This document shows, in pieces, positions 1 through 9,880 of a stretch of DNA of 64,000 nt. The notes beneath the pieces were generated by a model. It was not told where the DNA came from, did no database searches, and was given only the letters and a program-made list of their open reading frames with translations. The stretch comes from Nemertoderma westbladi (Eukaryota > Animalia > Xenacoelomorpha), in NCBI GenBank assembly GCA_032718475.1, contig JAUCBJ010000187.1:71482-135481 (forward strand), read 5' to 3'. Position numbers and translations under genes: made by a program. The first letter of the stretch is position 1. Each line of letters begins with the position of its first letter.

Positions 1-620
1 CCGATCTATAATTGACAGGACATTCAGGTACACCAAGGTGTCTGAAATACTTACGGTCCTCTAAGGATTGTTCTGGGACAGGACCTAGTAGGTTACTAAA
101 GTCCTTTGTGGCCGCAAAGGTTAAATCTTTAAAGGGTAACAAAGACCTCTCCTTTTCGCTATGTTGCGATTTCGGAAGAAGAGTGTCTAAGTTCAACTTA
201 ACTCGTGTTACTGGTATTGCACGTTGTCCATGCATACTACTTACGGTGTAACTGACGTTCTTACTTTGTCTAAGATCCGTCACGACATCAGCTATCTGCT
301 CATCCACGTAGCTGTGAGATGAGGCTGAATCTAGAATAGCATAGATTCTCTTGCTCCCCTTTGTGCCAGTAATCTTAATCGGAATTACGCTGAAACCTTT
401 TAATTGGTCAGTCGTCAGAAGCGCGATCGATGGTTGTTCGTCTCCATCTGAATATACGTCGTCGTCTTCCGACTCTTCGTCCGACGATCCGGATTGTTCT
501 GAGAAGCAATCCCTAATATGTGTCACGAAAGTTGGAGTCGTTTTTGATTCTCGATTATTATACGCGGTGTTGCATTTTGCTGCCGCCAGGGTGTTCCCTG
601 GCGAAGCGTTTGGTTGGCGT
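1..620 (-). CDS. pol: BEL/Pao aspartic protease region (pol start), in a different frame from gag; open to window edge
   Basis: Manual translation of the third minus frame gives FSVIPIKITGTKGSKRIYAILDSASSHSYVDEQIAD... with no stop down to position 1. Confidence 0.8.
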
Positions 621-3600
621 ATGGCTGTCTGTGTGGAGCAGACCGTCGTGGTTGCGTCCACAGGATGGACAAGTGTCGGTATTTGGGCAATCTTTGCGGA
701 CGTGTCCGTGTCGCGTACACCGCCAACAAGAGTCCAATGGCCGTATCTGCAGCCGTCGTTCTTCCGAGTTTAACTCGCGAAACTGTCGACAACCTCTCAA
801 CTTGTGACCGATATACCGCTTGCCTAAATGCTCGCAGTATTGGCAGCCGCTGAAGTCTGTACTGAGTTGCTGTCTAGTCTGTTTTATTCCAATGGGCGCA
901 GATACCCTACTACCGTCCGAGAATTGTCGTGTTTCCGTTGGTGTGGCGTAAGTGGCCGTCTTGGTGGATGTTGTCTGGGGTTTTTGTCGGTTTGAGGATG
1001 GCAAGGTGATTCCTTCTGCTACGATGTGCTGGTCAGTGTAGTTGGATCGAGTTTCTACCACTGCTTCCCTGGATATCAAAAGGTACACATCTTCCAGTTT
1101 TAAGAATCCACCCCGCTCTTCCCGCTGGTATTCGATCTTCCTCCACTCCCGACGAAGTCGATGGTGGAGTCTTCCTATGATCTTTAATAATACTGTAGGG
1201 GTATTCCCGTATTCAAGTTGTCCAATAGATCTTAATGTAGAGATAGCGTTCTTGATTTCGTCAGCCAGTTTCAATAAGTCGACGGGTTTAGTAATAGCCC
1301 CTCCCTTACAGAGTTCCTCTATCACTGACCTGGCCATGCTGACTGTACCTCCGTAGATCGAAGTTAAACGATCGTACGCTAGTTCGAAGGCGTCCGGTAC
1401 ACCAACGAAGGTCTCCGCCAAACGTTTAGGTTCTCCCGACAACGTTTGAAGCAGGTAATTAAACTTCTCCCATGATGTAAAGGCGCACACGGCGATCTGA
1501 GATTCGATATAGTCTACGAAAGTGTGCCAGTGTTTTGAGCTACTGGAAAACTTAGGTGGTTGTTGCACCGGTAGTCCTTGTCTAGCTGCGAATTTCGCTA
1601 TTTCCTCGGCAACGTTCAGAGTTTCGCGTCCTTGGTTGGTAATCTGGTTGATGTCCCTTCTTGGCGCTTTTCCCTGATACGATGTGTTTTTTGAAGGTAT
1701 CGGTCTTTGTGGTTCCTTCGGGTGTCTATTGTGTTCGAATTCAGTGTTCCTCGAACTATCGGTTTGAGCTTCCTCCAGACGTTCCTCAATCTGAGCCAAC
1801 TTGTTAACAACTGGTCGCAGGATGTCGGCGAACTGTTGTGTACTGATTGCGTCCGTTGGTTGTAACGCCTTCTGTGTTGGTGTATTTCGTGGAGGATTGT
1901 CTACAAAGGAGTTGTCTGAACGCTCGCGTTTATATTCATCGGCCGCCCCTGTTCTAAATACCTCGCGTTTCGGGTAATCCGATTCGCTCGAAGTACTACT
2001 ATCATCTGGATATGGTGGTCGACGTGCTCGCATCCGTTGCGTCGTACGAATTCTAACGTTTCGTTTCGGAACATCGTCCACTGGTCTCCGTTGTTCGGTA
2101 GGCTCACAAGTCTTCCTCGAAGTCGTAGATTGCGATGTAAACTGGTTAAACGGTCGCGTATCCACTGGTCTCCGTTGTTCGGTAGGCTCACAAGTCTTCC
2201 TCAAAGTCGTAGATTGCGATGTAAACTGAATCGGTGGTCCAGTAACAGCATTTGAATCAACTGGCCTTGTAGGCCGAAACGTCATTGGGTATTCGTAGTG
2301 CGTAACCGGTTTAGGTGTCAAAGGTGGACTCACCTGTTTTGTCGTTAGTAGTGCAGGCCCGGTCAATAAACTACTACGATCAGTAGTCGGTGGGTTACTT
2401 ACCTTGACTTTCAGAATGGGCGACGACGTTGCTCTTGGCGGTGTAAACTTGTCCGGAATAACAAACCTGTGTTCCGTCGCGCCATGGATAGGAGAAATAT
2501 TACTACTACCAGCAATCGAAACAGGTTCCTTTGTCGTAACTGGTGCAAACATAGGAGTTACTTGAGGGAATCTTTGACATAAGTCTTTAACTAATTGTCT
2601 TTCTCGCCCAGGTGCCCCTACACTTCCTTCCTTCATTCGTTCCTGAATTTGGCGGTGCCTTACCTCTATCTGGTCCAAATCATGTCCGTCACGAGATCTC
2701 ATCGATCGATCGCGGGCTTGTAGATCCAGATCTTCCTTCGCGTTGTCTAATTCTCTCGCCTTCTTCCCGAGTTCGAAATGAAGTTTAACTTCTTTCTCGC
2801 GTTGTTCCGTCTGTTGTTGTTGCGCCTCGAACTCCGCTTGTCGTATAGCTGATTGAGCCTTTATTTGCCGTTTTTTCATCTCGGCTCTCGCTTCTGAAAC
2901 TAACCTTTGTCGCTCTAACTCGGCCGCTGCTGCTGCCGCCGCCTGTCGCTCTAACTCGGCCATTGCTGCTGCCGCCGCCGTTTGTCGCTCTAACTCGGCC
3001 GCTGCCGCTGCCGCTGCCGCCGTTTGTTGCGCAATGTCCAACTCTAACCTTTCCATCTCGGCTGCTTCCAACTCGGCTTGTTCTTGCAGATGAGAGATTC
3101 TTGCAACATTCGCAATGCGTAGTTTCTCTTCTTGTACGGCTGCTTGTGCCATTAGCAGTTGAGTTTGTTCCTCCATCTCTCGTTGTTGTCTGTCAAACTG
3201 TTGTTGCTGTCGAGAAATTTCTGACATTACCATGCTTACCTCGTTAATCTCGCTGCGAATACTTACTAACGATTGATCCAGTATTCCCGGTGCCAGCTCG
3301 ATTTGTGCGATTGAAGTTTCCCTCGTAGCCTCCGGCACGGTTTCCCAATCTCCGACGTCCTCGCCGCACATGCGTAAGTGATCCGTCAGGTGTTTCAATT
3401 GTCCATCCAGCCTATACAGTTCCTGTTCTTCCTCGGGTTGCAATAATTCGTCCGAAACTGACTCACCTAACAACTGGTCCGCTTGTTCCTGTTGTATCTG
3501 CCTAATCGTCGACTTAAACTGAATCAGTTTCTCTCTAGCGATCATTAGTTTCTCGAGGATTCTAAGTTGAGTATCCATGTCCTGTCTCTGTCTAGCTAGA

Positions 3601-4031
3601 TCTTGTAGACTGATAAGGTTATCTACGGACTTATGTACTCTACTTTGTACTCTAACCTGGAGGGTGTAGAACTCAAACCGAGACATCGGAGCGGTCAACT
3701 CGTCTAATATGCGTTGGCCTTCTCCAATACTCCTGGTAATATGCGCCATGTATCCGCCGACGCTTCTAACCACGCTCTCCTGGCTTCCTACTGAACTTAC
3801 CATGTCCGTTTCCCTATATCTAGGTTGTGGAACAGTTAGAAAGTCCTCGGTCCTGCCGTCGCCTCGTACTACGGCATCCGGTACTCCCGTTGGATGTACT
3901 GGTGACGCACACGGTGTAGGTTCGGTAGGCTCGCGAGTCTTCCCCTGTAGTTCTTCCGCTGCTGACTTATCCGCGTCACATGAGTCATAGTCGGTAGGTG
4001 TATTCTTCGTATAGTCTTGTTTGTCACTCAT
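558..4031 (-). CDS. gag: BEL/Pao Gag, 1157 aa, with long coiled-coil N-terminus
   Basis: KFSSSSKHWHTF..EKFNYLLQTLSGEPKRL (DUF1759-like); CQYC..H..C, CWRCTRHGHVRKDC and CPSCGRNHDGLLH knuckles. Confidence 0.9.
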   Translation of the reverse strand: MSDKQDYTKNTPTDYDSCDADKSAAEELQGKTREPTEPTPCASPVHPTGVPDAVVRGDGRTEDFLTVPQPRYRETDMVSSVGSQESVVRSVGGYMAHITRSIGEGQRILDELTAPMSRFEFYTLQVRVQSRVHKSVDNLISLQDLARQRQDMDTQLRILEKLMIAREKLIQFKSTIRQIQQEQADQLLGESVSDELLQPEEEQELYRLDGQLKHLTDHLRMCGEDVGDWETVPEATRETSIAQIELAPGILDQSLVSIRSEINEVSMVMSEISRQQQQFDRQQREMEEQTQLLMAQAAVQEEKLRIANVARISHLQEQAELEAAEMERLELDIAQQTAAAAAAAAELERQTAAAAAMAELERQAAAAAAAELERQRLVSEARAEMKKRQIKAQSAIRQAEFEAQQQQTEQREKEVKLHFELGKKARELDNAKEDLDLQARDRSMRSRDGHDLDQIEVRHRQIQERMKEGSVGAPGRERQLVKDLCQRFPQVTPMFAPVTTKEPVSIAGSSNISPIHGATEHRFVIPDKFTPPRATSSPILKVKVSNPPTTDRSSLLTGPALLTTKQVSPPLTPKPVTHYEYPMTFRPTRPVDSNAVTGPPIQFTSQSTTLRKTCEPTEQRRPVDTRPFNQFTSQSTTSRKTCEPTEQRRPVDDVPKRNVRIRTTQRMRARRPPYPDDSSTSSESDYPKREVFRTGAADEYKRERSDNSFVDNPPRNTPTQKALQPTDAISTQQFADILRPVVNKLAQIEERLEEAQTDSSRNTEFEHNRHPKEPQRPIPSKNTSYQGKAPRRDINQITNQGRETLNVAEEIAKFAARQGLPVQQPPKFSSSSKHWHTFVDYIESQIAVCAFTSWEKFNYLLQTLSGEPKRLAETFVGVPDAFELAYDRLTSIYGGTVSMARSVIEELCKGGAITKPVDLLKLADEIKNAISTLRSIGQLEYGNTPTVLLKIIGRLHHRLRREWRKIEYQREERGGFLKLEDVYLLISREAVVETRSNYTDQHIVAEGITLPSSNRQKPQTTSTKTATYATPTETRQFSDGSRVSAPIGIKQTRQQLSTDFSGCQYCEHLGKRYIGHKLRGCRQFRELNSEERRLQIRPLDSCWRCTRHGHVRKDCPNTDTCPSCGRNHDGLLHTDSHTPTKRFAREHPGGSKMQHRV

Positions 4032-4884
4032 TTCGGTAGTTGTAAGTCAAGTAAAATGTGAGTGTCAAAGTATCAAATTTACCATATTTATATATAAACG
4101 GTACTAATTACAGTCATATAAAATTAGCCTACCGGCCGATTTTATAGCAGATGGATAAAATTAGCCTAAACGGCCAATTTTACAGCAAATAAATGTCACG
4201 GAATAAGTATATAATAAAATTTGCCTAGCGGCCAATTTTATAACAAATAAATCGGATAACGATATGCGTTATCAAAAGGTAAATTAAATACAATAGTACG
4301 GACAAATTCAGCAATGAACAAAGAAATCATACGGAATGCATAAATACTTGAGACAGTGGAACCCACAATAATTTTAACTAATACGGTAATGCCTAACTTA
4401 TTTATGCAACTTTTCGAACTCACCCACTCCAATAATTCTCCAGAAAAACAGATTCCCAGATACAAACCGGACGTGAACCTTTCCGTTTTCAACGTTGCGG
4501 ACGAAGCGCGATTTTCCCAACCAAAGTTGTTGAGTTATCTATCTCCCAAACTTGCTAAACACGGTCTTGCTCCCGTTACAGTCTAGAAATGAGCTCTGAA
4601 TCCTGAAAAACAAAAGAGTTAGGTTTTACTTTTACGAAAAATTTTGTACCGGTACAATATGGTATTTAAACCCTTTTAAACACCGGTATTCAATTCCAAA
4701 ATATTTTACACGCGGTTCAAATCAAATTTTATTTCAAAAAATTAGCACTTAGCTAATCAAATATAAACTTTTACCTCAAAATACAAAATTTTCAAATAAC
4801 TTTAGTCCTACCGAACCGTAGTTCAGTAAAACATATTCCTACTGATCTAGGAAATATGTTAAATAATACACATATTCCTACTGA

Positions 4885-6787
4885 TGCGAAGAGACAGTAA
4901 CAATACCTGCAATATCTTACTGAAAAGTTTGTAATCAAATCATAAATCCGACCTTCTCACCAAAACAGTAAACTCCAAGTAAGCGAAAATATTGCAGTAT
5001 TGGTCCCTTATAACCGGTGAGGCAGAAAACAGTCTACGAGCAGACAAACTTCGATAAAACAAAATCCCGCGCAGCGAATCCTAAAATCAGGCTGACTCAC
5101 TGACGGACTAAGGGGCTCGTATACTTTGCCGCGGTGTGATTTATATGGTTGGGCGAAAGAGACGCTAGCTAGGTGCAGAGATTTGGAGATGTCTAACTAG
5201 CGGGCAAAGCGCAGTACGGACAAAAGTTAATTTTATATATTTTGAGGTGTAAATAATTTCTAACTCGCGTGTGTTAATTCTGAACCGTCAAAATCAGTTT
5301 TGCTCCTTCATATATATAATTACTGGGTACGGTGTGCATTTTACAAATATTCTAATTTTGTAACTTGTAGGTCCAATACTCACGAATAATAAGGTTCCTT
5401 CCCCTCTTGCATATTTCCAGGACTCAAATTCAGGCATAAGATTAATGCTACGCCCAGAATTCGGCAATTTTTTAATTTACCAGGTCCCTAATACTAAGAA
5501 GAAATGTGTTAGTTTACTACTGTAGGCGTACGGTTAAAATAGCTAGCCTGGCGTCCTATCTAGAATTTTAGTCACCTAGGTAGGCTGGGTAACTTCCTAT
5601 CAGGACGTTGGTGGGGACATGGTAGATGTTAGTATATCCCTAATAGCCTCAATTTATTTCCGCCTAGTCGTAAACTGCCCTACCGCCTGAACGGTACAAT
5701 CCTAATTCAGGTGAAACACAGTAACCCTCCTAGCCTACAAGTTCTAACGCAATGGACACCGTTGTACTACAAATAGTCGCAGACGCACCTGTACTTAGCA
5801 AGAGTTAGGCGTACAGTTTGCTGCACCCTACCAATGTGTATGCTTCGTACCGGTGTGCCTACGTCCTATCTGCGTACTAGTATCTCTGCCTGCTCTCTCC
5901 CCCCGTAGGAATATGAAGGTCTACTGCGGTTTTTTCCTGAATTAAAACAGTACAGTCCCTAAGATGTAATTTTAGGCGTACAGCGTGTCACTACCTCTAC
6001 CTTTGATCTTTGGTCTTACGCTTAGGTAGCAAGGCATCGAACGCTGTCTAACCTTTCAGGCGATGGGCGAATAACTAAGATGATATTGCGGGTTGTCTCC
6101 TGTCTACATTCCCTTGATGTTCCCGTTCATTGCTGCGGCCCGAAGTCTAGCCAGCCATCCTGTCCCTTAGTTGAGTTCACCGTGGTGAAGCATGATAAAA
6201 CAGATAGAAAAGGACAGATGTGACAAGTATTTCTAACTTTTATTACAAAATCAAACAATAACTATTATACAATAAACGATGTAATCTGAAATAATAATCT
6301 GTGTAAGAATGAAGATGTGTAAGAAAGATAGATTGATAACTAATGAACGAAATCGCACCTTTTATACCAAATTTGTGCCGCAATCAATCGAGAAAATTCT
6401 CGATTGTTCTATAGGTTCTAACAGGTTTTTAAAGATAGCTATTGGTCCAGCTAATATATAACTTGCACGACATTGGTTACAATCAAATAACTACAGTCTC
6501 ATTGGTTAATCTAGGTACAGACAAATGCAATTTAATTTGTAGCGGTCAATTTAAATGAGTTGAACTTCTGCACAAAAAATAATTCGCACTTACTAGGATT
6601 CGAACTCAATACCTACTACATATATAATTTCCAACGCTCTACCGACTGAGCTACTGAACCACTTGACTAAACATCGTACAATAGATATAACAAATACAAT
6701 GAGGACTTAATGTAATCTTTAACAAAGTTAATTCGAATAAAATAAAAATTTTGAAAATCCACGGCATTTAGGGAATATAATTCTATA
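4885..6787 (-). repeat. Family-A LTR (5' LTR of element A); inner boundary uncertain
   Basis: About 1.9-kb high-identity reverse-complement match to 9435-11324; contains CCAAT boxes, TATA and AATAAA. Confidence 0.75.
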
Positions 6788-6832
6788 AGAGCTAAGTATA
6801 TTGAGACTTATGGAGAAGGTGATACTCCAGAT

Positions 6833-8649
6833 ATGAGTGAGTTTGAATCACAGCTCAAATGGAGAGGATGCGTGTATTGGGCTATTACGTCACCTCCAAG
6901 AGCGGTCTTACAATATTATTTAGCAATAGAGTCGTCAGTGAATGTTTGCTTAATCGCCGACATTGTGTCTCGGACTCTTAAAAGACATCCACTTTGTCTC
7001 GGAGAAGATCATACGTTCTACATGGAAGGGAGAATTCATACCGACGTGTTTAGACGATTTCTTGAACCCTTCTACAACTCCGACGCTCAGTGTAATGCCT
7101 TTACTCGAGCAGGATTTAGTATATTTCGAGACGTGTATCTTCGCTGTGCGGGATCTCTTATCGAAAGACCATCTATGTTTACATTGTTACCCTATGAAGG
7201 AGAACGTATCGTGGAGGTTATGGATGAATCACGGCAGACGCGCGCGCCTATCGGTCACCTTGGTGATGATTTCGAAGTAACGACAACGATCACTGACGAT
7301 CCTTTAGAGGAACTTCTTGAGATAGAAAGGAACCTCCCGAAGAAATCTCAGACGGAGATTCGACAACTTGAAGCAACAGATGCTGTAGTTTGTATACAAC
7401 CTTCAGAAACCTACCAACCCATAGATCCAGATGATTATGATTATAGTGTGGGAGGAAGCGCTTGACCAATTGGAGATCTTATATATGGTGCCGAGTGTGG
7501 TACCCTGCCAATACGATGTGTGGTAAATGTGGCGTCGCTGGACATCATTTGACCAAGTGCAGTGGAAAGCACATTACTACGACTCAACTAATCTGTGGAT
7601 GGTGTGGAGATCAAGGGTCTCATACCTTTTATACTTACTGGAGATTTATGGCTCAATGTACTTATTGCAATATAAAAGGGCATCGAGCATCTGAATGCCA
7701 ACTAAGAGACATACCTTATGAACACGAATCTGTAAAACTCGTGAGAAAACTATTCGATGAGTGGGAAGATTTAGCCGACGAACATGTATCGGCACAAAGA
7801 AGACGATTTCCGATGAGAGCGCATCTTGGATTTTGGGCGGTAAATCCCCAAACGATGATGTCGGAAGGATACATCTCCGCTATGCCCCAATATGACGAAC
7901 TTATCGAGGTAGTCGATATTTTGCCTCACGATAGTGGATTTAGAGTGGTGCACGAGTATCTGTTACAGATTCACCCGGACAATAAAAATACGTGGAATTT
8001 TCAGAAAGTTGTGAATCGTATCACGTATGGTGAATTTGATCGTTTCCGAACTGAAAAGCGGAATAAGGGAGCTTGGTTAACCGTCGCGTGGGCATACTGA
8101 GCCGTGTTTTACCACAAATGTATACAAGCGAGCGTATTCAAGGAAGAGGAGATCCTAGAGGCGACAAATATACCAGCCACTCCGGTTGCGCCGTCTGCAC
8201 GTCACCCTCGGGAGGACGGGCAGGGTAGGATCATAAGGGTCCAGAAAGTGAGCCAACAATTAAAGAAGTCTATTAATATAGAAGAACGCAAGGGTGTTGA
8301 GCCGACCATTCGAATTACTCGGGATACGGTATCGCTTCCTAGAGAACCAACAGGAGGATCGGGACATACACCAGCTGATCAAAAGTGGGCGCAAGCTACT
8401 CTTGGGTCTGCGTCGTCCGCTTCCCGCGCGTTCCCAGACGTTTTACCAACTGTAGTGACAACTGATCGGTCACGAGGAATCGGTCGAGGTTTTGGGATAC
8501 CAAATAGACGAATTTGTGAGGAATCGGACGCACCGTCTCCCAACGTACAAGCAAAACCAGTGACTCGCCCCACGAGTCCCATATCGCGAGCAAAGTCACC
8601 TGTGCGCAGTTTTCGAGGACGCGGCAGGGCTCGATCTACTAAGCGATAA
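6833..8649 (+). pseudogene. Disrupted accessory zinc-knuckle protein gene (homolog of 13318-15015); one frameshift near 7462 and one in-frame TGA at 8098-8100
   Basis: Shared motifs: SRTLKRHPL/SRTIRAHPL, FRRFLEPF/FRRFLTPF, AGFSIFRDV/AGFAIFKDV, three CxxC..H..C knuckles, WEDLADEH/WEANADLH, basic tail. Confidence 0.8.
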
Positions 8650-8663
8650 AAGGGAGGGCAAGG

Positions 8664-9200
8664 GTGGACGGAAGACTCGTGAGCCTTTCTTGTGAATTTG
8701 TGATTTATTTGAGTTATATATTTTATATTTAGTAAGTATGTATTCTGGAAGAACTCATATTTAGTAAGATTTATATTTAGTAAGAATTTATATTTTGCAA
8801 GATTTATATTTTATATTTGTGTTTATTCCGAACTTATGCAATTTGTATTGTTCCGAATCCTATGCAATTTATATTTTATAAGCAGTATTTGTGTTTACAG
8901 TGAAATAGAAAGTAAGAGTAGATGGAAGACTCGTGGGCCTTTCTTATAGTTTCATTTGTAAAGTGTTATATTTTGTATTTAGAAGGTTTTATAGTTAGAA
9001 AGTTTTGTACTTAGAAAGACTCATATTTGTAATTATTCCGAACTTATGCAATCTACATTTAGGCACAAGGTATTTGTAATTACTTGAATTTATGCAATAT
9101 TTGAGATGCAATAGTAGATGGAAGACTCGCGAGCCTTTCTTATGATTTTCATTTATTTGTATTTGTAATTATTTGAATTTTGCAATATTGAGATGCAATA
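8664..9200 (+). repeat. Dispersed repeats in the 3' UTR of element A'
   Basis: GAYGGAAGACTCGYGRGCCTTTCTT three times (~8667, ~8921, ~9117) plus several TTCCGAACTTATGCAAT-like units. Confidence 0.8.
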
Positions 9201-9562
9201 GATTTATATTGGTGAATTTAATTTAGATTTATATTGTACTTACTTAGTAAAGCCTTAAATATGTAAAGTTTGAATTTGTAATTATTTTGTATCGAATCAT
9301 TATGTAGAAAGGAAGTATTGTTTGAAATTTAATTTGTAAATATGTAAGTACGCCCTAAGTATTCTATAATTTGATTGATTATAGGTGAAAACCGTATATT
9401 TTATGCACGATAATATCCTGTTTTCATGGAGCGGTATAGAATTATATTCTCTAAACGCCGTGGATTTTCAAAATTTTATTTTATTCGAATTAACTTTGTT
9501 AAAGATTACATTAAGTCCTCATTTGTATTTGCTATATCTATTTGTACGATGATTATTCAAGT

Positions 9563-9626
9563 GGTTCAGTAGCTCAGTTGGTAGAGCGTTGGAAATTATA
9601 TGTAGTGTGTATTGAGTTCGAATCCT
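9563..9626 (+). other. tRNA-derived Pol III A-box/B-box segment inside family-A LTR U3 (second copy at 6595-6660, minus)
   Basis: TAGCTCAGTTGGTAGAGC (A box) and GAGTTCGAATCC (B box); no proper anticodon or acceptor stems. Confidence 0.7.
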
Positions 9627-9714
9627 AGTAGGTGCGAATTATTTTTTGTGCAGAATTTCAACTCATTTAAATTGACCGCTACAAATTAATTACATTTGCT
9701 CGAAGTAAGATTAA

Positions 9715-9880
9715 CCAATGAGATTGTAGTTATTAGATTGTAACCAATGTCGTACAAGTTATATATTCGTTGGACCAATAGCTATCTTTAAAAACCTGTT
9801 AGAACTCATAGAACAATCGAGAATTTTCTCGATTGATTGCGGCACAAATTTGGTATAAAAGGTGCGATTTCGTTCATTAG
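9715..9880 (+). promoter_or_regulatory. LTR Pol II promoter: three CCAAT boxes, HSE-like palindrome, TATA, Inr
   Basis: CCAAT at 9715, 9744 and 9775; CAATCGAGAATTTTCTCGATTG at 9814-9835; TATAAAA at 9854; TCATT/TTAGT near 9875; mirrored in the 6340-6510 copy. Confidence 0.65.

Larger units (their letters stand above)
1..6787 (-). mobile_element. BEL/Pao LTR retrotransposon 'A' (5' LTR, leader, gag, start of protease; runs off left edge)
   Basis: Gag with a DUF1759-like capsid region and BEL-type triple Cys/His knuckles, then an LDSAS protease motif; LTR-like region 4885-6787 is repeated inverted at 9435-11324. Confidence 0.9.

Noticed and set aside
9563-9640. Functional tRNA gene (also 6595-6660, 20290-20359, 27670-27737)
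   Set aside because: A/B boxes are present but no complete cloverleaf; all lie within LTR or SINE sequence.
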